Below, in pieces: positions 48,750 to 60,500 of a stretch of DNA of 64,000 nt. The notes beneath the pieces are model-generated. The model ran no database searches, was not told the DNA's origin, and saw only the letters and a list, made by a program, of their open reading frames with translations. Origin of the DNA: Raillietiella orientalis (taxonomy: Eukaryota); assembly GCA_036172245.1 (NCBI GenBank), contig JAYWIR010000039.1, forward strand, positions 558,001-622,000. The letters are read 5' to 3'. How positions within the stretch are numbered: the stretch's first letter is position 1; the number at the start of each line of letters is the position of its first letter. The position numbers and the translations under genes were made by a program.

Positions 48750-50866
48750 GGGGAGATGTTGAAATCTCTTGCCATGAGGTAGGCTCTCCGCGCACTTCCT
48801 TCCACCAAACATTCGTGCTCCAGGGCTTCGAAGAATCTGGTCCTCGCCCCGCGCATGCTGGAGCTGCTTGGTGCGTATATGTTCGTCACTCCGGGGTCAA
48901 CCGATTCGGACTACTTGAGAACAAGTTGTCCTACTCGACCTTCCTCGTCGAACTGAATGTCTCGTACTGCGTGCTCTCCATGGTTGGTTCCAGAAAAAGG
49001 CGACCCCTCAAGAGTGCGTTGAGCCGCAACGCCAATGAAGCTTGCTGCCCGTGATCGCTTCAATTTCCTGTATTTCTTCTGCAGAGACCTTGCGGATCTC
49101 TTGTAGAAGCACCAGGTCAAACGGTCGCTAGGAAGTGGCTGCGTCCCGTTTCCTGACGTTGTCGCGCAGCCCGTTGACATTTCCAACAGGCCTACACGTA
49201 GTTGCCAGCAGGAGCCGAGCTCACGCGTTATTGCTGGCATGTTGGTGCTGAGGTTCCCGCCAGGTGCTCAGGTGGGACAGTCGCCAGTAATGGAGGACGC
49301 AGAGGAATGACCTCTCTCTTCTGCTGCTCCTCCTTCTGGAGCAGAGGATCCTTTCCGAGGAGGACTCTCGGGAACCAGCCTGCATCCTCTCGGCTTCCGG
49401 GGCTGATCCCTCCTTTACTTTGGGGGATACATTCTTCCTTGGGACCTTGGGCCTCTTTGAGGTGGTTTCCGTTGCTTCCGCTTCTTCTCTGATGCTTACC
49501 TTATCCAGGTCGGAGTCAAAAGTCATGCTGGGGTTGCCCTCAATGGAATACGCCTCACGGACTTCTTTTTTGAGGCCTGTATTTTTGAAGGCGTTGGCGT
49601 CACCACCTTCTCCGAAGAGATGGCAGCAGCGTTGCAGCGACCTTCGTTGCTATTGACCGGCTCGTCGAACACGCTTTCCATGGCTGCGTTCACACGTTTT
49701 CGATCGTCTCCTCGATCGCGCTAATCTGCTACAGCATCGCCTTGCAGTCCTGTAGCTGCTTAGCGACCGCTTTCCTGTTGTTTTTTCGTTTTGAAGAGGT
49801 TTATCCCTTTCTTTTTTGATGTTACCACTTGCCATCCTCTCCATCGGTCATTTCTTCCCCTCTTGTTGGGATTTTCTTCCGATGAAGTCCGGTTTGGCTG
49901 CGGTGGACATCTTTCCTTTCTCTTTTTCCTTCCGCTCTTTTCATCGTGCCGCCTCTTTGGTTTTGCGCTCGGAATGTCACGGACGAGTCTTTTTGGGCAC
50001 ACAAACTTCATGTGGCCCTTCAGCCCGCAGCCATTGAAAATACTTCCCGAACACCTCTTCAGATGACCGGTTTTATTGTAAGGACTGCGTAATCTCGGTT
50101 TCCCGGGGAACCGGAGATCCACTTAAGGTCCTCCGATTTCCGTATGGTAGGGAAACTGCTTCCTTTCGTGTGCAACTACGAGTGCCGCAGCCAGACCTCT
50201 AAACAGGGCCTCATCCCCGGGGGACAAGTTTGGCTTGGCTCAGTACACGTGGACCATCTCATGCTCTTTAAGCTGAATGAAGACTTCACGCCCGTCCATC
50301 TGCAGAAGTAACCTCGTAGGTGGACCAGTACTGAGAGATCCGCCGTTTTAGTGTAGAGTCTCTTGCTTTTGATGGTTATGGGGATGTTGAGCAGTCGATG
50401 AGCGAAAGCTGCCTCTTCGCAGGTCAGCTCAACAACTTCAGCCTTGCTCGCCACAGAGAGTCCTTCGAGGTCTGCCTTCCTGGTGTTCGCGTTGCGCAAC
50501 TCCTCCGCGAAGGCGCAAAGGACGCCAAACCTAATGGGCCTACCTTGTAGAGCAGAGCAGACCGATAAGTCTGGGCCAAGTAGACCTCCCTTACTGCCTG
50601 AGCAAGGGGAGAAGCAGCTTAGACCACTTGGCTCCACGTCCTTGTATTCCCAGGACTTCCATCCTCGGAAGCGATAGCCTCCGTGTCCGTCGGGGTTGGT
50701 GAAGTCTTCGCATCACCTCCGCCCTCAAAACCGGTGTTTGGCATTTCTGTCACTGTAACGCCACGTTCACAGCCATCACACGAATCTGAAGAAACGTAAC
50801 ACGCGTTAGAATTTACGGAGAATCGCAAAACGCGTCCGTCCTTTACGGGCGTCGATCCCTTATTTT

Positions 50867-51614
50867 CACCCACTCACGCCGGGGCGCTTATTGCATAAAA
50901 AAAAATATTTACAGAAAGAAAAAAAGCAATCACGTACAAAATGAAAAAGCCTCGCTCCAATCACCATTGAGAAGGGAAATGCCTCGGAGGCTCTGCTTCT
51001 CGCGAGCATCTCCCCAGTGAGGTCCGCACACGAGGAATGGGGAAGGGGTAAGCAAAAAGAAAAAGAACTTACACAAAAGTTCAATTTAAAAACGTATGGG
51101 AGAGGGGAAAGGGAGGGATCACATATTCCTTCTTGGCGTCCTCAGCATCCTCTGGAGGATGTGGGCAGCTTTCTCCTTTTCTCGGAAGAGATATGGCCAT
51201 TTTGTTGCCTCACTCATGAAGCAGACGATTGCGATGACCTCACTTTGTCCATCGGGAGTGGGAGAGCCGTAGAGAAGAGTTCCCGGACACTCAGGAAGGA
51301 AACACAATCCAGCAGCAGGTGAGGGAAGTCTTCCCGTTCTATGCACCTGGAACAGTCGGGAGCTTCACTCCCTTTCGTTTACTGGAGGACCCGCACCTTG
51401 CACGCGGTCTGCGATGTCGAGTCCTGCCGCTTCTGGGGAAGCGTGGAGCCGACCACAGACAGCGGAGAGTCTGCCCCACTTTTAAGAGAATGCTCAGAAG
51501 TTCCACCCAGAGAATGATTCCTCTGGGGAGAACGGCGAGGATGGAAGAGTCAGCCAGTTGACTTGCCGTCTAGCATCCCAGCTGCTGCTTCTTTCCCTCG
51601 ATCTCGCAAGATAC
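50867..51614 (-). mobile_element. 5'-truncated Tx1/L1-like 3' fragment directly upstream of the long copy
   Basis: Terminus AATAAGCGCCCCGGCGTGAGTGGGTG; 51140-51614 almost identical to 21503-21977 and 42905-43379. Confidence 0.9.
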
Positions 51615-52849
51615 CTCCCGTAGATACTTTACAAGTATTCGAACCGGCAACAGTTGGTACCACGTGCAGAGATCCTAGCCACACGGCCTCCAGAGTGAGC
51701 GGATGAATTTCTTTTGGACCCAAAACAATGGTTGCCCATCTCGGTGTTATCTGACGCTTTGAACTTTGAAGATGAGCTCCGAAAACAGGGACGCCACATG
51801 AGATGGAATCACGGTCGAGGGGATCCGCGCTGCCTCTGAACGCAGATCTAGTGCTACCTAAGCTACTCCGCCTGTCCAAGCAGCCGGACTCGACCGTGGA
51901 TGGAAATCCTGACAAACGTGCAGCCGCAACTTGCACGAAGGATGGATGCGCAGGAAATCCTTTGATGCTGGAGAAGGGACTCCATGCCACAGTCGTTTTC
52001 GGCTGAGCTGTCTTCCATGATCCGACATCCTCAAGATTCGTAGCCATCCTCCATGACGATCCTCGCGATTTCCCATGGAGCTGTAAGGATATTTGTTGCC
52101 TGGGCTCTGTGAAGCTGCTCACGCACCGTTGCCGCTGCCACTGTGAGGGTAACTGTCGCGACCTGTTGACGAAGCAGAAGGGGAAGCGAAGAGTTCCGAA
52201 TTCAGGGGCAGCAACGCGCGTGTCTTCGGTAGAAATGAGCGCTGGTAACACTCCGCCGTGCTGTCCAGCATCGCGAGAAGCCAACGAGCCTCGCAGCAGA
52301 AACCGGGGATCGGTAGACGATGGTCGCAAGAATAGATGCACAGGATGAGCAGCTGTGGAGCGCCGTCTAGCAGAATGCAGTGACCGCCTCCCCCACTTTC
52401 AAAAAAAAAAAAAAAAGAGAATTCTGAACCTGAATTCAAAAAATCCAGGCTGGAGCTGCAAAGAGAAGGACGCTGGAGGTTCAGAGCGCGCGCGGCCACC
52501 ACCATACGCGAAACAAACGCGGGGGCGAACCGTATACTTGCGAATTTCCCATCGAGATACAAAGGAAGGAAAGGTAAACAGAGATAAAAAGAGATCCTCG
52601 TCCAGCTTTATCGCGAAGGATAAACAACGTGATGCTTTGCAAATAAACCAGAGGCTCGGGTGCACCCGATAACAGACGGGGAGCCGGCGAAACGCACGAG
52701 AGGGCACGAAACCGCGCGCGCGCCCTTCCCTGTGGGCACCCCCGAGCGGGAAGTCGCTGGAGGAGGGGATGAGCTAAGAAATGGGAGCACGCGAGTGAGA
52801 GCGCGGTAACCGCAGGAAGAGCCTGGATGCGGTCCTCAGAGGAGGGGGA

Positions 52850-53960
52850 AGGGGGTGGGGGAGAAGGAAGAAGAGGAGGATGAGGACTCTCTCAGAGCAA
52901 ACGGGAAGAAATTTTGGTCCCTGAGGGCTGCACGCTGCTCAGGGATGACCGGGGATCCCGCAGCGGCGCTTTCGTCATCAATTGGAAGGAAAGAGGCAGT
53001 TTGGAGATACCTCCAGGCACTCCCGGCACGCGAGCCGACTCTTGACTGCGTGAACCAGGGCGAGCATTTGGCTGGCAGCGCCATGAAAGTGCATGGAAGA
53101 GAGGTCCTGCAAATGCGACGTGGAGAGGAAGTGGTTGAAGGCCCTCCTGAAGTGAATCCGCGCCTAGGAGCGGTGTATGTAATTCTTCCGAAAGCGTACC
53201 GCTAAAACAAAGTGAAGGTGGTAGGTAGGTGCACCTTCTGCTGCTCCAGGTAGGCTTCACGGACCGGCTGCAAGAGTTGGTGGTGGGAAGCGCAGAGGAG
53301 GGAGGTGGGTAGACTGGGAGCGGGCCTCCCGTGGCGGCCTTCAGGCCTTCTCCCGGGAGGCGCAAAGACGTCCCCCCATCGTTCCTACCATTTTGGAAAG
53401 CATCCGGTCATGATTTGTCTTCATCCTTGAAATCACGGGGCCAGAACGGATCCGAGCTCTTTGCTGTCCTAATCAAAAAAAAAAGTTCCGAACGTCGGTT
53501 CCCTAGCAACCTGTCCCTCACCCTTAAACAAGGGAGATTTGAGGGACAGACGGATCCCTGCCGTTCGTGCGATTCGGCATCGTGTCCGTGTGTCCTGAGG
53601 CAGCTCTTTGTTGTCGCCATCGCCACGAAGGCCACGGTCTCGAACGATGCCGGCAGCGTCGCAGGCCACAGCCACCTGGAACGTGACGCCTCGAAGCGGG
53701 AAGCACCGGGAAGAACTTTCCCGTACAACGAAAGAACGAAGGGACGACGACGAAATGGAGCAAAGGAAGCGCTGCCTCCTCCCTCAGCTGAGGCCGCACC
53801 AGCGGGTTTTGGATTTCGATTGCCGCGCAGACCTGGACCTCTTTGGCCGGCTGACCAAGCAGGCCCTTTCCCCTTAGAAACCCCTTTCGCAGCTCGAACT
53901 CGACCCCAACTCATTCGACGGAGTACTACTCCCTCTCTTGACGCCCATACTGCCACCTAA
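52850..53960 (-). mobile_element. Degenerate Tx1/L1-like RT fragment
   Basis: FVLSLYGKVL (LFSTYFELVL), TVAFV (VAAYADD region), RTAKSS (NRAKSS), PLPVYPPP (PLLFICPVP) in the correct order. Confidence 0.55.
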
Positions 53961-56900
53961 ACCACGTAACTGTGTGTCTTTAGCTGTGGAGTGGGAAGTC
54001 CTACCGAGCACGAGTAGCTTCCTGTCCGGGAAAAGATGCGTAACCAGGGAATAGAACGAACAGCTTGTGTGCAGCGGATACTTATGGGATGGAAAGAACG
54101 GTGATAACTTGGATGAAAGAGCAGCCATTAAGCGTTCGATCGGTAGAGGAGAAGGGCAGTTTTGAACACTTCACCTTGAGTGGCACTGCCGTCAGCCACT
54201 CTCGTCACTATGACGTTGGCCACTGCCCCTTCGGATTAGTTCAGGAACACCTGGAAGTTCCTTCCGCGGAACTGGTGCCGAGATGCTCTTGGTTCGTTTG
54301 CAACCTTGCATCAGGACGCGGGGTGGCTCACCGAATCACCTCTTGACCTGGTGCGAAAAGAAAGATGCTTGCGAAAGCCTCTGTGCGTTTGCTGTCAGCG
54401 AAACTTCGAAAGCAAACGCAAGTATGCGTTTTTTCTTGAATCTTCTTTCCTTTCCCCCAGGGAAAAGAAAGATTTCTTTTCCCTTCCAAAAGGGAACTGT
54501 TCGAGGCTGCAATCGCATCATCCCAATCGCAAGTCATGTACCAGAGTCCCTCATCAGTGATGGGATCGATCCACAAGGTACGATGGGATTTTTTTGCTTC
54601 TGTCCGATCCCCGACGACCTGAAGGAGGGATTTTCAGGAACAAAGGAGACCGTTCCACGACTCGCGCAAGAAACGGACTCCCGCCATTAACTTTACTTTT
54701 TGGAATGTGAGCCGGGACATCGGAGAGGAACTGAAAGCGTTCGTCTCTATTCCATGGTGTAAACCAAGGAGGCAGCCTAAAGCGCCTTTACTTACACGAT
54801 CAGGAAAAACGGGAGTGAGGCATCAACCCATAGCGATGGTGACTCCCTATTTACTTTTCTCCTTCCGCAGGGAGAATCTCTTGTTCCGAGTTGAGATGCA
54901 CATTTGGAAGCGAACCACGCAGGTTCGATCGGCAAATTTTTAGACGATGCTATTAAATTCCCTGTAAGAGGTGTTGCTGCTCTTTGATGGTTTCTTCGAG
55001 AAGGCTCGTCATTCTGCTGACAAGAAAACCAGAGGCTCTGCAGGGACTCTTGTTTGGCCATCTCAGACGATCCCGTGCAGTTTGCCGCTTTGGCTTCTTT
55101 CATCTTTCGAGTTGTGGACGGCTGACTCGCGGTCGGCAATTTCCTATTTCTTTCTCCTGGACTTGGGGCTCCGCTCCAGATCGCGTTGATTTTCGCCTTG
55201 AGTGCTTCTGCAACGGCTCTAGGATGGATGCTTTGCTTCCTTCTCGTGGAAGGACCTTGAAACTCCAAACACGGCGTATCCTCCTCAGTGGGTTATCCTT
55301 CAGATGCTCCTTTCGCATGCATTTGAGAAGCTCTCTGATTCGTGATTTCCATCTTCGCTTTCATTTCCTGCGCTTACCAGATGCTTCCAGTAAACGCACC
55401 AAGGACCACTCCGACGACGCTTGTGCAGAGATCGTCTTGAGCCTCACGAGCTATAGCGGTCCAGAGTAAAAGGCTTCTATTCGTCCAGGAAGGATTCAGT
55501 TCTCCACGGCAAATTAGCAGAAGCTGACAGAGAGGTGATTACGCCTCCTTGTCCACTTATTCCGTCAACGCAGCGTTCAGCTACGCTTCCAGCCCGCCTC
55601 GCCTGGCTATCGCAACCGCGGCAACCGGTTCCCACACGGCACTTATTCCTTTCCACGGGATCCCTCTCTCTGCCTCCTCCTGCAAGTAGAACTTTGTCCT
55701 CGATTTGAATGCTATTTTTCTTCCAGGGGCGTCTCGTGCCAACCGTCCGCGCTCATCCAACATCCCAGTGACCATCCATCAAGTTCCTGCCCTTGGCTTT
55801 CAGCTCGCAAATCGGATCAAGCTCTGGATTCCTGACACTCGCTTTTCTGCTGACTAATCGCTGGACTGCGGGTTCTCCATCCTTCTGTACCGAATCCCAT
55901 GATGTAGCTCCGGTTTCGCGAGTTACGTGCTTTGCGAATGTGTTTACGAAACGACGATAAAAGCTGAGTAGCTTTCTCGCATCGGAAGCTCTCTCTCTCT
56001 CTCTTTTTTTTCTTCTTCTTCTTAGCCATTAAAGTCCTGTGGATTTTCGAATCGACAAAAACTCCTCCCGGCACGAAAGTGACGCATCACAACGGATGTG
56101 CTACGCACTGCGCTTCCGGGTTCACCTCGGAAGCTGCGAGCGTCCGGCCGCTCTTGCAGCAGAGGAGGGCAGCAACTCCTTCCTCGGTGGAGAGGCGCCC
56201 TGAGCGCTCTGCTCCCAAAAACGATAAATGAAAGCATCGAGAAACACACACACGTGCGTATTTTTTACGCGCCTCTGCTATCTGCAAACAGAACCCAAGC
56301 ACCCGAGAGCTTTTCTTGCCATTTGTCAAGGAAATCTGTTTATTCGACCTCAGCATCGAACGACTGGAACGATGAGGAAAGTGGGGAATGAATGCCTGGT
56401 TCTCCAGAAACATTTCCACCTGGGAACATGAAGCCTTATCGCACCGCGGAAGATCGAGCCTTTATCCCAGGCATGAAAAACAATTCCCAGCCAAATCTGT
56501 AAAAAAAAAGGGAAAAAAAAAAAAAAGAAAGTTCAAAAAGCGGTACTGAGAGTTCAAGCACTTCCGTGGAATGGACTTTTTCTCTACCTGCAAAAGGAAG
56601 TCGAAAAAAACACTCCAAAATGTGCTTCGATGTGCTTTGGGCTTTGAAAGTACTTGCAAGCTGCAGAGCTTAGGAAAACAGCCGCATCTACAAATGCAGT
56701 GAATTCTAACTTTATGCACTTCAGTGCCTCGTTTCAAGGGAGCATCCTTTTCTCTGAATCGAGACCATGCATCTCATTTCCTACGTTCTTTGGTTTTTGG
56801 TAAAGAGAAAGGAGTTGAGATTGGGTGGGATTTTGGGTTGCGAACTAATCATTTCGAATGAATCCGAATCCGGGAGCAAGTGGGAAGGGGATTGGTTGGT

Positions 56901-57187
56901 TAGACGTGACCCGGTTCTGGATCACCAGGTGAGATTGAATGAGATCCATCCCCCAAAAAATAAAGGAATTTATTTAAAGTTCATAAAGACAGGTCCAAGA
57001 TCATGCATCCTCGCCGAATCGTGCTTTCCGAGTTCTATCCCTGGAAGGGGGAGAAAAAAAAAAAAAAAAGTGAGCATGAGTTTTGCATTCCTTTCCCTCC
57101 ACCCCTCCCTCCCCAATTCTTCCTGAACCCGCTTCCTATTCAGCGGCTTTCGCTTGGGCAGGGAAGGAATTTCAAGTAAGGAATATC

Positions 57188-57547
57188 TCATACTCTTTTT
57201 GCGGTTATGGACAAGTGTCCCTCGGAAGTAACGCAGGATCTGATGAGCGACGAATCCACGTCGCATGGGATGGGTATCTTCCTCAAGAGTTTCCTGGCAA
57301 CGCAGCACTGGCCGTCTTGCCTTTCGGGGTGGCTCGCTTCTATGATCAAAACGTGGAAATCCACTTTCACGGTTATGTCCTCGGGGTGGAAGCAGTCCAA
57401 GTCGGTCACCAGCAGCTTCCAGGTGCGCTTATCAGAGCAGTCGTGAACGTGCAGGCACTTTTTTTCCTCCTGGTAGCAGTGGGAGCATGTGCTGCTGTTT
57501 TTACAACTTTTTTCCTTGTAGTGCTTGTCCAGATTGCTGCAACTCAT
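57188..57547 (-). CDS. Cys-rich small heat-shock protein (HSP20/alpha-crystallin), 119 aa from ATG 57547; possible upstream exon 57804-57964
   Basis: DLDCFHPEDITVKVDFHVLIIEASHPERQDGQCCVARKLLRKIPIPCDVDSSLIRSCVTSEGHLSITA is a complete ACD; TTTCAG acceptor 2 nt before the ATG; phase-compatible donor GTCAGT at 57803. Confidence 0.9.
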   Translation of the reverse strand: MSCSNLDKHYKEKSCKNSSTCSHCYQEEKKCLHVHDCSDKRTWKLLVTDLDCFHPEDITVKVDFHVLIIEASHPERQDGQCCVARKLLRKIPIPCDVDSSLIRSCVTSEGHLSITAKRV

Positions 57548-60500
57548 GTCTGAAAGGCAATTTGGCAAGGGGAAGGAGAGGAAGGGAGGAGGAGGGTGCA
57601 CCACGCGCGAGGGGGAGGCAGAAAGAGACTGCAAGCAGGAAATTTTCCAAAGCCGAGTTCCGTTATCTCCATGGGAACCGAACGGAACGCATTGTTGCCC
57701 TCGGGTTGCGGGCAGGGTATCGAATAAACAACAACAGCAGGCGCCAAGAAGAAGAAGAAGAAGCGCGCCTTGCATTGCAAACGGGCCGCAATTGCACACT
57801 GACCACCTTGCAGGGCCAAATTGGCCTTCCTGAGGACGGTGGTCATCGGGACCTTCCGCTTGCCTTTCCGAGCAAGCGCCAGAGGCGGCGGCGCCTTCGC
57901 CCAGTCCTTCGTCCCGGACCCGGGTTCGGGATCTCGTGGTCTCATGAGGTGGAAGGGCAATCCTCTACGCAGGGGGGGATGCCGCGGGCATTCTAACCGA
58001 GTTTCGCATCGCCTTCTAAACGTGGCCGGCGAAGAAATCGTTCCTTCGTGGCTCGTAGCTTGGCAGGCACATTCCCCATGCCTCCCGTTGACCTCGGATC
58101 CATTCGAAGAACAATCGAGAACCAGTTTTCCGCTTCCTCAGCACTTTTCCAAAAGTCTTTCTTTTCTTTTTTTTTTTCTTCCTCCCGCCTGTTTACTGTT
58201 ACAGTTTGCTTTCAATTGCTCGCTTGCGGTGCTAAGAGGCTCCGGATTTTTTTTTTTTTTTTTTTCCCCCCCCCCTTGGTCCATCTGCTCCCCCCTCATA
58301 TGACACGGCACAGCAGGTAGCGAGTTGCGCGGCGACCGGGTTCTCTTCCACCTCGGTCCCACATCAAGTGCTTGCCGTTCCCTTTTCAAAGTAGGGGCAT
58401 TATCCGGCGTCTTCAGAATGGGTTATCCGCTCCTAAAAGGTGGTGAGTCCGTTCGTCGCAGCAGCTCAAAAGTTGTGCGATTACGTGGATTAGGGATAAT
58501 TGAGAACGTCCAAAGCTTCGATTCTCTTTGGCCTTCCTCTTCGGACCATAATACGTGACAAAAATTGAATTTGCTGCTGTCTCCCAGCAACTTGAGTGTT
58601 CGCCGTTGCCGCTCCCCGACCGTTGAAAGTTCCGTATGAAGAATCGGTGTCGTCACTCGATGCGGAATTTACTCTCCGGGATTCTAAGATGCGGCCCGAT
58701 CCCGACGATTTGTTCCGAGCAGTTTGTCCCGAGGAAGGTTTTAATGGGAAGGTGCCGACTTCCTGAATGGGCATGTGCGACATCACCATCCATTACGACG
58801 AAGGCACTTCACCGGTTCCACGGAGCAGGCAGAGCTGCCAGCACCGTCCTCGTCCTTCTGGCCCCACCTCATCCCAGGCACTTTGATCCTTTCCCTCTCC
58901 TCCCCCTTCAGCATCCATCTCCGCTGTTGGTTTCCAAGGAGCTTCGATTTCCTCATCGTTTCAGTGTTGTCCACTCGATCCACGGGGTGTGTGCTCATGG
59001 TATTGCGCTCCTTCCGCTTGCTTCGTCGTCTGTTCGATGCTGCGCTCCGCCTCGGACTCGAGGAGGAACCGAAATCACCAGAGTGCAGGAAACGGATTTA
59101 TCAGTTTGCATCGAACGCTAGATATCACCCAGCGGCGATGCCCTTCTGACGTCAACTCGCTGCAAGCGTTGCCTATCCCCGTCTTCCACATTCCACTGCA
59201 GTGAGGAAAAATAGACCCCGTCGTTGGCCGTGGGTCTCAAGGAGTCAGAATCTCGTGCCCACGATTAATTTATTCACTGCTGCTAAGAGCATGGCTTCGC
59301 TGCCTTTCTCCTTATAAGTTTGACCTTATCGTGGATTTATTGCGTTTCTATCATCGTAATTTCCGTGTTACCTTTACACAAGGAAGGACATCTTCTCCCC
59401 CCCCACCCCCGATTCGCCACTTCGAGTTTCCAGTTCTTGTCGAGGTGTTACGTCCAATCAAGTCATCACTCATTTCTGAGAAATGAAGCAACGGTACAAG
59501 TTTTTTAGAGCCTCGAGATTTACGTTAACCATTGACCGTGTGAAAAACCATGTAATAATTACCAAAGAGTTGTGTGGTGCCCGTGATTCGTGTGCCTCGG
59601 GCAAGTGTTTTTTTCTTCTTTTTTTTTCCAACAGGCTCATCTCGCTCGATTCTTCTTACGAAGCGTCATTTTATATAAGTTTCAGGATTCGGTGATTTTT
59701 TTTTTTTTTTTTTTGGGGGGGGGGGGGGGAAACGAGACCGCCGCCACCCCCACCCCCCAACTCTGGGGTGAAAGGAAGGGTTGCTTGAAGGTCCGCGTCG
59801 TGCTTTATCGTGGGCACCGCCTTCGCCGGGGTTTCGCTTGCGCGTGGGGCTCCTCGACCGCGCTCCGGTCGGGAACACGGGATGCACTCCAGTGGAATGT
59901 GCACCCGGGATTGACCTGACGGTGATCGTCCGTGCTCACGCAGATTCGTATAAAACTACGCAGTGTTCCCGAGAGCAAATCACTGCATTCTTGGAGTGTC
60001 TTCGATGCGAGTGAAATGGAACGCTCGAGCAGAAAAAAGAGAAAAGTACCGAAATTGCAGCTTCCCGCAGGGAATCGCTCTCGCTTGCTTCCTTGTGCAC
60101 ACTGTGAAGAGGCGACGACTCGGAGGGTCCCCCCCCCCGCAACAAGGGGGGTCCGCTCCTTTGAACAACTGGCGAGGACCCATCTTGCAACCGGAGCAGT
60201 CCCCCGGTGGTGGTGGTAGGGGTCCGCTCTCCTTTGCACGACCGGAGGGGTAACTCCCCACTCCTTGATTCTGGGAAGGACCCGAAGGTCGACTGCCATT
60301 GTTCCGGCCTTCATCGGGGGCCTCCGGCTCAAACCACCACCGGTGCCACGGCCGAATGTCTCGACCAACCAGCGCCATGAGATGGCAAAGAGATTACGTT
60401 CCTCTAGTAATTAAACAACGAAACTCGCCGAATGCGGAATAAATCCAGGCTGCGGCTTTGTGAGCACAAGAGATTGCTGTGTCCACTTGTAAAGTGGCTG

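Larger units (their letters stand above)
42653..50860 (-). mobile_element. Near-full-length, disabled Tx1/L1-clade non-LTR retrotransposon (5'UTR, gag-like ORF1, APE, RT, C-terminal region, 3'UTR) with three nested insertions
   Basis: ORF1 knuckle GCGLKGHMKFVC (about 50000); APE motifs NVNGLR...DLVLLQE (about 49150), NIYAP...MARDFN (48770-48880), SDH (48460); FYSSLY (45420); LLPKGGDLRNISNWCPI, DLQKAFD, RGIRQGD, YADD (43960-45200); 3' terminus at 42653. Confidence 0.92.

Noticed and set aside
51620..52341. 263-aa minus ORF / RTE-like LRILRMSDHGR motif
   Set aside because: Single weak motif in a different frame; no domain recognisable in the ORF.
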